Notes under the pieces: generated by a model
The model's input: only the letters and a program-made list of their open reading frames with translations
What the model was told of the DNA's origin: nothing
Database searches by the model: none
Assembly: GCA_963771885.1 (NCBI GenBank)
Contig: CAVYVF010000022.1
Location: forward strand, 32,001-96,000
DNA: 64,000 nucleotides
Source of the DNA: Candidatus Bathyarchaeota archaeon
Lineage (GTDB): Archaea > Thermoproteota > Bathyarchaeia > TCS64
Reading direction: 5' to 3'
Position numbers and translations under genes: made by a program
Shown here: one piece after another, positions 31,352 to 40,058 of the stretch
How the letters are laid out: every line of letters starts with the position of its first letter
Numbering within the stretch: the stretch's first letter is position 1

Positions 31352-32167
31352 CTAGATGCGCCTGATTGTGCCGCCACCAGCTTCTTCCATTCGGCGCTGG
31401 TACTCGGCCATGAAGGCGGTCATCTTCTCCTCCGCCTCCCCCATCGTTGCGCCTTGCACGACTATGTCTACCTTTATCTCCTTGACCTTGCTGCGCTCCT
31501 CCTCCGCCTCGGGGGGAGTCGCGGCATTCTTGATGTAGATGTAGGGGTAGTCCTTCTGGAGCTGCGTGTAGAGGGGGAAGAAGTCCTTCCACACCATGGC
31601 GACGCCGTAGGTATGGCCGAGGAGCTTGTGCTTCGCCTCCGCCTCTAGCACGGGGGCGATGTGCTCGTTGAACATGCCCTGCATCTCCGGGGGGACGCCG
31701 GGTAGGGTGAAGATGAGCTTCCCCATGTGGAGGAGCTTCATGCCTACGCTCATGCCAACGTGGTTCTGGATCGCCTCGGAGTCCTCGAGGATGCGCGTCA
31801 TTCGTGCGCCGCGCTTGAGGTCGCTGCCGCGCCGCTCGTAGATTTCCTTGATCTTCAGGAAGCCAACGGGGTCGTTCACGACGGCCTTGCTCAGGGCGCG
31901 CCCTATGGCGTCGACTGTGAAGTCGTCCTCGCTGGGGCCGAGGCCGCCGGTGAATATGATGATCTCCGCGTCCCTGTCGAGGGCGCCGATGAGGGCGTCC
32001 CTAATGTCGTCGTAGTCGTCGCCGACCATCGTGACGCGGCGCAGCTCGGCGCCGATCTCGGTGAGGCGCTTTGCGAGCCAGTTGCTGTTCGTGTCGAGGA
32101 TCCTGCCGTAGATGAGTTCATCTCCAGTGGCGATGATCTCGATCCGTGGGCTTCCCTTGTGCTTCAC
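31352..32167 (-). CDS. CinA-like molybdopterin-binding domain protein
   Basis: ATGDELIYGRILDTN, TGGLGPSEDD, LPGVPPEM. Confidence 0.88.
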   Translation of the reverse strand: MKHKGSPRIEIIATGDELIYGRILDTNSNWLAKRLTEIGAELRRVTMVGDDYDDIRDALIGALDRDAEIIIFTGGLGPSEDDFTVDAIGRALSKAVVNDPVGFLKIKEIYERRGSDLKRGARMTRILEDSEAIQNHVGMSVGMKLLHMGKLIFTLPGVPPEMQGMFNEHIAPVLEAEAKHKLLGHTYGVAMVWKDFFPLYTQLQKDYPYIYIKNAATPPEAEEERSKVKEIKVDIVVQGATMGEAEEKMTAFMAEYQRRMEEAGGGTIRRI

Positions 32168-32268
32168 AGCGGATGTGGGTGTCGCGCCGGCTTATATGGT
32201 CTACCTTGCGAGGCTGATTCTGCCTATTTCATGGGAAAAACTAAATCCCCACGTGTAGATCAGGTTGC

Positions 32269-33168
32269 GTGGTTCTCAGGCTCGAACGCTATGTGGCGCT
32301 ACCCCAGCACCAGTCTGGTGGTTTCGATCATGCCGACATCTACCCGGCGAACGGCTACGTATACGTCGCCCACCCAGCCATGGGCACGGTCGAGGTTGAT
32401 AGACGGGGTACGCGGACAGCTTGGTGAAGTCGATCGGGGGCTGCCCCGAGGCGAGCGGAGTCGCCTGCGCGCAGGCTGACGGACTCGTCTTCGCCGCCTC
32501 ACGTGGCTCTGGCAAGATACTCGTCATACACGCCGCCAAGGGGACGGTGACGAAGACGATTCAGGCAGGCACGAAGCCAAACGGCCTTGCCTGGGACGAT
32601 GACCATGGTATCCTGCTCGTCGCCGACATCGGGGAGCAAAACGCGAGGTTCGTCGACCCCGAGAAAGGCGTCCTCAAGTCGGTGAAGCTGCCGGGGAGGC
32701 CGAGATGGTGTAGGTACTCCACTTTCCTCGACAAGTTCGTCATACTCATTCGGGAGCCGGCGGGGTACGTCACGCTCAACCCGAGGAACGGCGAGCTGTC
32801 GAGTCTCGTGCCGGTGAAGGCGCAGGGGCCGCACGGCGTCGATCTTAGCGCCGATGGACGTGAGGCATACATCGCCTGCGACTCCGGCGTCGTCGTCGCC
32901 ATGGACTTGGAGAAGGGCTCGGAGACATGCAGGGCGAAGATACCCGGCGAGCCCGACGTGAGTCTGGCTCAACCCAAGGAGAAAGTTTCTCTACTGCGCC
33001 CTAGCCAAGCCAGGGCTCGTCGCCACCCTCGACCTCGTAGAGATGAAGGTTGTTCAGGAGATGAAGGCGGAGGAGGGCGCGGGTACGCTCGCCTTCGACT
33101 CGTCACGCCAGAGGCTCTATAGCTTCCTGCCGAAGAGCTGCCGAGTTGCCATATACGTCGAGTCCTAG
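32269..33168 (+). CDS. YncE-like beta-propeller protein (several frameshifts)
   Basis: GGFDHAD..VYVAH, KPNGLAWD, GRPRW, GPHGVDL, GEPDV blade repeats across frames. Confidence 0.65.
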
Positions 33169-34055
33169 TCGGGTAGCTTAGACTCGTGCGCCCACCGCAG
33201 GTTGAACATGTCGGCGAGGCCCCTGACTACGCTGGGGTGGGAGGTTATCGCAGCCTCTCGGAGGTGGTATGGTACGCCGACCTCCTCAACGAGGAACATC
33301 GCCCGCCCACCCGCCGAGGCGTCTGCTATGCAGCCCCTTATGATGACGTCGTCAGTCACTCGTGCCTCGACTTTGCTCCCTAAGACCGCGATGGACTTCA
33401 GTGAGGTGTCTCGCTTCGCAGCGTCGGAGGGCTTGAGCGTACTCCGTGACCTGAGGAGAATGCGTACATTGACGCCGCGCCTCACAGCGGCCTCTAGGTC
33501 GTCGGCGACCTGAGGGTAGTACTCAATGGCGCGCGTGAGGATGAGTAGCTCGGTCTTCGCCTCCCTGTAGAGCTTGCGCGTCTCCTCAATGGAGACGTCG
33601 CCTACGCCAACGACCCTGAAGAGAGGCGTCCTGACCTTGGCCTGGCTGCCCTTCATGTAGACGGCGTCGGCGGCGCCCTCGAACTGGCCCTTGACGGATT
33701 CTATCGCCGCCATGCGCTTCTGTATCTCGTCTCGGGCGTCTGCGGCTAGTGCCTGCGATATCTCGGTTGGGGACATAGGTGCGTATAGGAGTGGGCGCCC
33801 AGGGCGTATGATCACAAGCCCCTTCTGCGCCAGCTCCTCGAGGACGCCGTAGATGCGGGCGTTCGGCACCCCGCTCACCCTGCTCAGGTCTGTCGCCTTC
33901 GTCTCGCCTAGGTAGAGGAGGTTGGCAAGGGCTGAGGACTGGTACTCGTTGAGCCCCATACTAGTGAGGAGGAAGCGGAGCTGGCCGATCTGGGACTGTA
34001 CCATGTACACCTGCGTGTCTCGTAACTGCTGGGGGCTAAAACAGTTGCTAACCAA
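33165..34055 (-). CDS. TrmB family transcriptional regulator (true start probably ~34004)
   Basis: MGLNEYQS..ATDLSRVSGVPNARIYGVLEELAQKGLV; C-terminal PLD-like domain. Confidence 0.88.
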   Translation of the reverse strand: MVSNCFSPQQLRDTQVYMVQSQIGQLRFLLTSMGLNEYQSSALANLLYLGETKATDLSRVSGVPNARIYGVLEELAQKGLVIIRPGRPLLYAPMSPTEISQALAADARDEIQKRMAAIESVKGQFEGAADAVYMKGSQAKVRTPLFRVVGVGDVSIEETRKLYREAKTELLILTRAIEYYPQVADDLEAAVRRGVNVRILLRSRSTLKPSDAAKRDTSLKSIAVLGSKVEARVTDDVIIRGCIADASAGGRAMFLVEEVGVPYHLREAAITSHPSVVRGLADMFNLRWAHESKLPD

Positions 34056-34111
34056 GGGTAAAAACGTGGACTATTTTTATATGGTGCCGTCAGTGAGTAA
34101 CCCAGATCAAC

Positions 34112-34588
34112 ATGAGCATCGACGGATGGACGGTCGAGAAGGCACTCAAGGTCGGCGTCACGATGGAGACGGGCGCCTACAACCTCTACACGAGTACCGC
34201 GAAGAAAGTGAAGGACCCCGGCTCCAAGAAGCTCCTCACTGAGATCGCCGCGGACGAGAAGAAGCACAGGGAGTACTTCGAGGCCGCACTCAAGGACCCC
34301 AAGAAGGTGATGAACGAGGCGAAGGCGGGCGACGTGAAGAAGGTGATGGACCTGAAGGTTTCAGACCCTCTCAAGGAGTCGCCTCTAAGCGAGGACGCCA
34401 CATACCAGGATACACTCATCTTCGCCGCGAAGAGCGAGCAGACCGCCGTCGATTTCTACACGGCACTCAGCAAGGCCTACTCCGCCCACCCTCTCGGCAA
34501 GATGTGGTCCGACTTCGCGAGGATGGAGCAGGGCCACAAGCTCAAGCTCGAGAAGGAGTACGACGACGTCGTACTCAAAGACAACTGA
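34112..34588 (+). CDS. rubrerythrin/ferritin-like di-iron protein
   Basis: E..AY.LY, DEKKH, E..AVDFY, MEQGH. Confidence 0.85.
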   Translation: MSIDGWTVEKALKVGVTMETGAYNLYTSTAKKVKDPGSKKLLTEIAADEKKHREYFEAALKDPKKVMNEAKAGDVKKVMDLKVSDPLKESPLSEDATYQDTLIFAAKSEQTAVDFYTALSKAYSAHPLGKMWSDFARMEQGHKLKLEKEYDDVVLKDN

Positions 34589-34630
34589 CCATAATTTATA
34601 ACCGGCTTTTCTCCCCTATCTGGGGAGCGG

Positions 34631-35165
34631 TTGACAGCTATGCCCAGCCTATACTCATTCACGGCGTACTCCCCCGAGTGGCCGATTGAGTTCGAGAGGG
34701 AGGCGACTCGACTCCGATCTATCCTCGGCGACGAGATTGTGGAGATTCACCATATAGGCAGCACCTCCGTGCCCGGGCTGGATGCGAAACCGATCATAGA
34801 CATGCTTCCGCTCGTCCATAACATCGAACGGATCGATGGCTACTCGGATCGTATGATTGCCGCCGGTTACAGGGTCTGGGGTGAATACGGCTTACCGGGG
34901 AGGAGGTTCTTCACACGTGACTCCAATGGTTTCCGCACCCACAACATACACGTCTACGCCTAGGGCGACCCTGAGGCTCTGCGCCACATCGCGTTCTGCG
35001 CCTATCTACGTGAACACCCCGACGCCCAGCAGGGAGTACGTCATCGTGAAGCGTGCAGCTTACACTCGATACCCGGCGGACATCGACGCCTATAATGATG
35101 CTAAAGATGACTACATCAAGCGCATCGAAAAAGTGGCGCTCGCCTGGTATCAAAAAAGGGGTTAG
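34631..35165 (+). pseudogene. GrpB family protein, interrupted by an in-frame TAG (34961-34963) and a frameshift at ~35030
   Basis: HHIGSTSVPGLDAKPIID, HNIHVYA*GDP, YLREHP, YNDAK. Confidence 0.75.
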
Positions 35166-36337
35166 CAGTGGCCGAGCAGGTGTTCTGCTGCCCTGTTTCT
35201 GCAGAAGACTATGTAGTCACGGTAGCCAAGGGCCTCGGCCTTGGTCTTCTTGCCGTTGGCGGTATCGATCACCATCTTGTATATGCGGTCGCCGACGCTG
35301 TTGAGGCTCTCGGAGCCGTCTAGGATGGTTCCGGCGTTGATGTCCATGTTGTCCTCCATCTGCTGGTAGGTGACTGGGTTACCTGTGATCTTGATGACTG
35401 GTGCGATGGCGTGGCCCGTTGTGCTGCCCTGGCCGCTGGTGAAGCAGACGACCTGCGCCCCGGCGGCGACCATGTGGGTGACCGAGGGCACGTCCCAGCC
35501 GGTGCCGTCCTGGAGCCAGAGGCCAGACTTCGTCGGCTGGTCGAAGCGGTCCCAGTTGTTCTGGAGGACGCCTTGTATAGGTCGCGTGCCGCCTTTACGT
35601 ATGGCGCCGAGGCTCTTCTCCTCGATGGTGGTGAGGCCGCCGTCTATGTTTCCGGCGCTCATCCACCTGCTGTCAATGCCACGCGCCTTGAGCCGTGCCT
35701 CGTCCTCGTCGATCATCCGGTAGACGTCGGAGGCGACCTTCTTGTTCACCGCTCTGCGGGCGAGTATGTGCTGGGTGCCGATCATCTCCTGGGGCTCGGA
35801 GAAGATGACGGTACCCCCTTCGTCGATGAGCTTGTCGCAGGCGACGCCTACGGCGGGGTTTGCTGCAAGTCCAGATGTGGCGTCGCTGCCCCCGCACTCG
35901 ATGGCGAGCGTCAACTTCTTCACGGGGAAGGGCTCGGGACGGTACTCGGCTACCTCCTGTGCCCAGCGTTGGAGGATGCGTGTCGCCTTCTCCTGCGTCT
36001 TGAGCGTGCCTCCCTCCTGTTGGAGGACGAGCGTCTCGACGGGCTTGCCGCTCGGCTTGACGCCGTCGGCGACCATGTCGACGGTGAGGGTCTCACATCC
36101 AAGTCCTAGTACAAGGACGGCGGCGACGTTCGGGTTCATCGCAGTACCGACGAGGTTGTTGACTATGACAGGGTCGGCTCCGCAGCCATGGTACTGTGTA
36201 ACGGCTACAGCGCCGTCTACTTGTGCCGCGATCTTCTTCGCGGGCTCGAAGCTACAGTCAATTGGGGCGAGGACGAGCAGGTGATTGCGGACTCCGACGG
36301 ACTTGTCGGGGCGCTGGTAGCCCATGAATTGAGTCAC
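35162..36337 (-). CDS. UxaA family hydro-lyase, large subunit
   Basis: GVRNH, HGCG, LGCE, ECGGSD, GNIDGGLTTIEEKSLG. Confidence 0.88.
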   Translation of the reverse strand: MTQFMGYQRPDKSVGVRNHLLVLAPIDCSFEPAKKIAAQVDGAVAVTQYHGCGADPVIVNNLVGTAMNPNVAAVLVLGLGCETLTVDMVADGVKPSGKPVETLVLQQEGGTLKTQEKATRILQRWAQEVAEYRPEPFPVKKLTLAIECGGSDATSGLAANPAVGVACDKLIDEGGTVIFSEPQEMIGTQHILARRAVNKKVASDVYRMIDEDEARLKARGIDSRWMSAGNIDGGLTTIEEKSLGAIRKGGTRPIQGVLQNNWDRFDQPTKSGLWLQDGTGWDVPSVTHMVAAGAQVVCFTSGQGSTTGHAIAPVIKITGNPVTYQQMEDNMDINAGTILDGSESLNSVGDRIYKMVIDTANGKKTKAEALGYRDYIVFCRNRAAEHLLGHC

Positions 36338-36645
36338 AGTATGCCAGCCTCTTTACCGCTTGTTGGCATGCGCGCGCTGCCGACGTTGTGTGTGTTCACC
36401 CATGCCCCTACCTTGATGGGCTGGGTTGTGACGCCGATGACCTCGCCATATTTTATGATATCCTCTCCCTTCTCTATGGGTTTGATTGCGAGTTTGTGTC
36501 CGAAGGGTATGGGTTCAACGACCTTGGGCTTGAGTATCACCCTGCCGTCGGGGCTGATGACTTCAAGAGCCTCGCCGACGTCGACCTCGCTTGTTGTCGT
36601 GGCGACGTTGTCCTTCTCGTCTATTTGGATCGCCTTCTTAACCAT
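36334..36645 (-). CDS. UxaA family SAF-domain small subunit
   Basis: DNVAT, IPFGHKLA, IIKYGEVIG, WVNTHN. Confidence 0.88.
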   Translation of the reverse strand: MVKKAIQIDEKDNVATTTSEVDVGEALEVISPDGRVILKPKVVEPIPFGHKLAIKPIEKGEDIIKYGEVIGVTTQPIKVGAWVNTHNVGSARMPTSGKEAGIL

Positions 36646-36743
36646 GCCCTAAGCGGTGTCGCCCGATGATGTAAAACTAGCGAATCGAGGTGGCGCACCT
36701 GCTTCGGTTTGAGAAAAATAAGAGAATCGGATTTTCAGACGGT

Positions 36744-37067
36744 CTAGTGGTTCATATTCTTATCGAGTGCGTCCTTCACGATTTTTGCGGGGATATCGTT
36801 AATGTCAAGGGCATGTGTCTTGTTTTCTGCATCTGTAAGCTCGAGTACGTGATTACCCTTCAGTGTGGCGCCTTTCACGGAACCGTATGGAAGCTCAAGT
36901 AGCTTCAGGTAGGTCTTCTTGAAGAGCCCCTTCTCGGAAACGAACAGTACCTTCTTCGCCGTGAAGGCGATGTATCCAAAGCTTCCCTTGTACGTGCCTT
37001 CGTACTCCTTGTCCATGTGGTCCCCGGATTCGAGGGTCTTTTGAACCTCTTCCTTCCAGTTTGCCAT
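36744..37067 (-). CDS. PH-fold (bPH/GRAM-like) small protein
   Basis: GYIAFTAKKVLFVSEKGLF...ELPYGSV pattern of PH-like domains. Confidence 0.55.
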   Translation of the reverse strand: MANWKEEVQKTLESGDHMDKEYEGTYKGSFGYIAFTAKKVLFVSEKGLFKKTYLKLLELPYGSVKGATLKGNHVLELTDAENKTHALDINDIPAKIVKDALDKNMNH

Positions 37068-37200
37068 GATGCTTTACCTCGGGTGTGGAAGAGTGTGGCG
37101 ATCTCAATAAATATTATAGTAATATTGTATATACATATATAGCATTTATATGAATAGAGTATATACGCCATTTCCTGAAGAGACTCTAACGGCGAAAGAG

Positions 37201-37644
37201 TTGTACAGGAAGATAATGGCCGCGATAGACGGATCAGAGCCCTCGAAGCGCGCACTAAACTACGCCATCGAGATAGCTGAGGAGAGAAAATCCGAACTTG
37301 TTATAGTGACGGCAGTCCCCAAAGCACACATCGCCGCCTTCCCAGTGGAGGGATTCAGCCCGCTCTACATGGAGCAGTACGAAGAAGACCTAAACCACAC
37401 ATACTCGCGTATTCTCGCGGAGGCGACGGAGACCGTGAAGAGTAAACACCCGGATCTCAAGGTCAGCAAGCGGCTGCTGGACGGCCGCGTTGGCGACGCC
37501 ATAGTTGATGCCTCGAAGGAGGAAGGGGTAGACCTCATTGTGATGGGGTGCAGAGGGCTTAGTGGCATATCCGGTTTCGTCCTCGGAAGTGTGAGCAGGC
37601 ATGTCGTCGAGAACTGTACAAAGCCGATACTTATCGTGAAGTAA
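37201..37644 (+). CDS. universal stress protein
   Basis: IMAAIDGSEPS, DLIVMGCRG, LGSVSRHVV, PILIVK. Confidence 0.92.
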   Translation: MYRKIMAAIDGSEPSKRALNYAIEIAEERKSELVIVTAVPKAHIAAFPVEGFSPLYMEQYEEDLNHTYSRILAEATETVKSKHPDLKVSKRLLDGRVGDAIVDASKEEGVDLIVMGCRGLSGISGFVLGSVSRHVVENCTKPILIVK

Positions 37645-38658
37645 CTAGGCTACTTTGTAGGCTCGGTCCAGCGTCGCTTCAGCTATGTCAGAGGAGAACT
37701 CAACGATCTGGACGAGGCCGTCCCGGATCAGAGTTAACCTCTGCGCGTCCACATTATCAGTCTCCGCGATGAGTGCGGTCAGTCTATCAGAGAGGAGCAT
37801 TGCGGATGCCTCGCTGTCTATTATCCTATTGCTCGTATCTTGATCCATCTCCATGAAGGCCTCGACCGAGCCGTTGTAGCTCTCGCAGGCGGCCTCAGCT
37901 AAGTTCATGCAAGCATCGTAGAGGGGCTCGGGGAGCCTCATTCCATCCTCCATCAAGGCGGTCAGGCCTTCGGCGACGTTCACGGCCTTGTCGGCTATGT
38001 GCTCAATCCTGTTCACGATGGTCAGGTAATCCATGCAGTCGACCATATCGACCTGTAAGCTTATGGCGAGTTGGGGGTCGGATGCGGAGCCGCGTAGGAG
38101 GCGAATTATAAAGTAGCGGAACTGGTCGATGTCCTCCTCAAGGGGGAGGACGGATCGGGCGAGGTTTGGGTCCCAGCCGCGTAGGGAGTTAACGACGTTC
38201 TTGCACATTGAGGAGGTGATTATGTGCATCCGTTCAACGGCGTCGGGAACTGAAGCCATCGACTCGTTTATCAGCGCCTGGACTGTAGCGGATGAGGCGG
38301 ATGCCTCGATAATACGCATGTAGAGGGATTTTACTACTCCCCTGATCGCAGTCTGCTGCTCCGCGCTGAAGACCCCGCCGCTGTGCAGGTAAACTGTGTC
38401 GTAACCGTTTAGGTAGCTGCTTATCACCTTGCGCGTTATGGAACCGGGGGTCTCCTTGGCGCCCACATTTATTGTGATGGTAAGGTGTGGAGTGGTCTTC
38501 TCCTCATGACGCCTGATGGTGAGTGACCGGTCCCGTCCTATAGTGAGGGCGACGGCGTCTCCCTTCTTTATCCCCGTCATCTTCAGCCACTCGCGTGGGA
38601 GAGAGACAACAAGGGAGGCCTTTCCGAGGGACATGACCTTGCGGCGTTCCATAGGCAT
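37645..38658 (-). CDS. AbrB-PhoU phosphate uptake regulator (archaeal type)
   Basis: RKVMSLGKASLVVSLPREW AbrB domain; YLNGYD; IEHIADKA. Confidence 0.88.
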   Translation of the reverse strand: MPMERRKVMSLGKASLVVSLPREWLKMTGIKKGDAVALTIGRDRSLTIRRHEEKTTPHLTITINVGAKETPGSITRKVISSYLNGYDTVYLHSGGVFSAEQQTAIRGVVKSLYMRIIEASASSATVQALINESMASVPDAVERMHIITSSMCKNVVNSLRGWDPNLARSVLPLEEDIDQFRYFIIRLLRGSASDPQLAISLQVDMVDCMDYLTIVNRIEHIADKAVNVAEGLTALMEDGMRLPEPLYDACMNLAEAACESYNGSVEAFMEMDQDTSNRIIDSEASAMLLSDRLTALIAETDNVDAQRLTLIRDGLVQIVEFSSDIAEATLDRAYKVA

Positions 38659-38747
38659 CGGTTAAGACTGGGCCGAGCCGCGTATATATTTCTTCGAGAA
38701 GATAAAGGGAAAAAGGGGAAGATATGTACTGAAGTTGACATGGGAAT

Positions 38748-39263
38748 TTAGAGCAACAGCGGGGGCTGATCAAGGGGAACCAGCACCTCACTCGATAGGC
38801 GCCTGATCTCCGCCCTCGCGCCCGCGAAGTCGTGCTCTCTATAGGCACCGCATGTCTCGAGGCGCGCGCCGGGCAGCTCCTTGATCTCCAGCGCTCCGGG
38901 GAGCATCGCAGTCACCACCTCCGTGGCGCGTGATAGTGGCAGAGCACCGACTGGATTCAAAACAGTCAAGTAGTATCCTGTCCTGCAGCCCATGGGCGAG
39001 ACGTCAAGTACCTTGAGGTCACGCTGGTGCTCCTCGAACTCCGCCCTGAGGGCGACGGCGAAGAGATGCTCTAGCGAATGCGTCACCTTTGGCGTCAGGA
39101 GCTCCGTATTAGGCGTACGCAGCCTGAAGTCGAACGTCGAGATCTCGTACTCACTTCCGGGGACTTCGACCCGCTTTGATAGTCTTAGGTAGGGGGCCTT
39201 GATCCTTGTGTGGTCAAGGCTGAATGACTCCAACTGTATCGTTTTGAGTTTTTTAACCTCCAT
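38748..39263 (-). CDS. luxS: S-ribosylhomocysteine lyase
   Basis: ESFSLDHT, FDFR..PN, HSLEH, SPMGCRTGYY, CGAYREH. Confidence 0.92.
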   Translation of the reverse strand: MEVKKLKTIQLESFSLDHTRIKAPYLRLSKRVEVPGSEYEISTFDFRLRTPNTELLTPKVTHSLEHLFAVALRAEFEEHQRDLKVLDVSPMGCRTGYYLTVLNPVGALPLSRATEVVTAMLPGALEIKELPGARLETCGAYREHDFAGARAEIRRLSSEVLVPLDQPPLLL

Positions 39264-39278
39264 TTCTGGGGTAGCTAT

Positions 39279-39295
39279 AGGGGATAGTATTCCCT
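39279..39295. promoter_or_regulatory. imperfect palindrome between the luxS TATA region and start
   Basis: AGGGGATA-G-TATTCCCT (7/8 matched). Confidence 0.4.
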
Positions 39296-39334
39296 TATTT
39301 ATATTATTTTGACGTGAATAATCCTGAAGGAATA

Positions 39335-39625
39335 CTATTCCACTACCTCGCGGAGGAACTCTACGCCCTTCTCTGTAAGGTACATCACCTTGCCGTTCCT
39401 GTAAGTGCGGCGTGAGTTAATTATGCCCAGGAGGCGTAGCTGCCTGAGAACACCAGGTGGAATGGTCAGCGTGAGTCGGCGCTTCCCGATCTGGCGTAGG
39501 TCGTCGGCATAGAAGGAGACTAGGTTGCGTGTGCTCATCTCGGTGACCTGCTCCGCGATCTCGGGCGTCATCTCGGTTTGTTGTGTGGTCTCCATGTTTG
39601 TCACCAGGTGAGGTTGAGACTGCAT
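39335..39625 (-). CDS. small hypothetical protein with wHTH-like C-terminus
   Basis: LRQLRLLGII...MYLTEKGVEFL. Confidence 0.5.
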   Translation of the reverse strand: MQSQPHLVTNMETTQQTEMTPEIAEQVTEMSTRNLVSFYADDLRQIGKRRLTLTIPPGVLRQLRLLGIINSRRTYRNGKVMYLTEKGVEFLREVVE

Positions 39626-39996
39626 GAGCAGCTTTTGAGGTCGGTGAGGCCGGGCATCGACTCCCTGTGAAGCTGGCAGATTAGACCCTCACTGCGCGCC
39701 GCTGCGCACGCCCTGCAGAGCTTGAGGAGGAGCACATCAAGCGGGCTCTCGCCAGCTGCGATGTCGCGGCTTAGCTCTCCTACGAGCTCCATCACCTTGT
39801 CGCTGCCCTCAAGGAGTGTTGTGGCGGAGCCTCCCCTGGCGCGGCTGAGGTATTGGGTGACGGCGGCGGGAGTGAGGCCCATCTTGGCTGCGGCGTCGCC
39901 TCTCTTCATGCCGTGCTTCTCGACGAGTTCCCGAGTCACCTCGAGGCGCAGGGCAGGGAGGATGTGCTGTACGACGACCATGCACGGGGGCTTCAT
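39601..39996 (-). CDS. archaeal Cys-containing HTH transcriptional regulator
   Basis: MKPPC..ILPALR, AAAKMGLTPAAVTQYLSRARG, LCRAC..ICQLH. Confidence 0.8.
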   Translation of the reverse strand: MKPPCMVVVQHILPALRLEVTRELVEKHGMKRGDAAAKMGLTPAAVTQYLSRARGGSATTLLEGSDKVMELVGELSRDIAAGESPLDVLLLKLCRACAAARSEGLICQLHRESMPGLTDLKSCSCSLNLTW

Positions 39997-40007
39997 CGCC
40001 GTACTTG

Positions 40008-40041
40008 TATTTAACGGCGTTAATATATTTAACGGCGTTAA
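40008..40041. promoter_or_regulatory. tandem palindromic operator (2 x TTAACG-G-CGTTAA)
   Basis: TATTTAACGGCGTTAA at 40008-40023 and 40026-40041, just upstream of the HTH regulator start. Confidence 0.7.
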
Positions 40042-40058
40042 GTAGGTCGAAAGCGAGG

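Noticed and set aside
37100..37200. TA-rich repeats (GTATATAC x2) upstream of the USP gene as a special element
   Set aside because: Explained adequately by divergent TATA promoters in a low-complexity AT tract
40008..40041. Mini CRISPR or MITE
   Set aside because: Only two 16-bp units with a 2-nt gap; no spacers, cas genes or target-site duplication
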